Shown piece by piece: positions 24,403 to 24,403 of a stretch of DNA of 24,403 nucleotides. Every line of letters begins with the position of its first letter. Positions within the stretch are counted from its first letter, which is position 1. The stretch is from a virus (Duplodnaviria > Caudoviricetes): IMG/VR virus record IMGVR_UViG_3300012940_000883, positions 1-24,403 of that record. One strand, written 5' to 3'. The notes below the pieces were generated by a model that searched no databases, was not told where the DNA came from, and saw nothing but the letters and a program-made list of their open reading frames with translations. The position numbers and the translations under genes are program-made.

Positions 24403-24403
24403 G

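Overview
GC-rich (roughly two-thirds G+C by eye) segment of a tailed dsDNA phage or prophage with a podovirus-like (P22/T7-type) gene order. The host is probably a myxobacterium; this is an inference from a lipoprotein and a kinase-ectodomain-like gene. From left to right: (i) a leftward operon with a beta-class DNA methyltransferase carrying an inserted HTH, plus a repetitive coiled-coil protein; (ii) back-to-back sigma70-like promoters at about 3450-3523; (iii) a rightward run of small translationally coupled genes, a second beta-class methyltransferase, a truncated SLOG-like gene and an HTH gene; (iv) a packaging and head/tail module: TerS, TerL, four small inserts, portal, scaffold, major capsid protein, decoration-like protein, terminator, adaptor and nozzle; (v) a moron-like accessory block at about 20521-22553 interrupting the tail genes; (vi) a further tail-type gene and an Imm5-like gene running off the end. 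The accessory block is the most unusual part. It holds a promoter with a palindromic operator, a highly structured ~125-nt RNA with two anti-Shine-Dalgarno motifs, a Cys-rich lipoprotein, and a kinase-less protein resembling the Cys-rich C-terminal domain of myxobacterial Ser/Thr kinases, expressed from a symmetric leaderless divergent promoter pair. Also notable are a hairpin that buries the capsid RBS and a cryptic lipoprotein fused in frame to the nozzle gene. All product calls come from motifs, synteny and recalled family resemblance; no database search was run.
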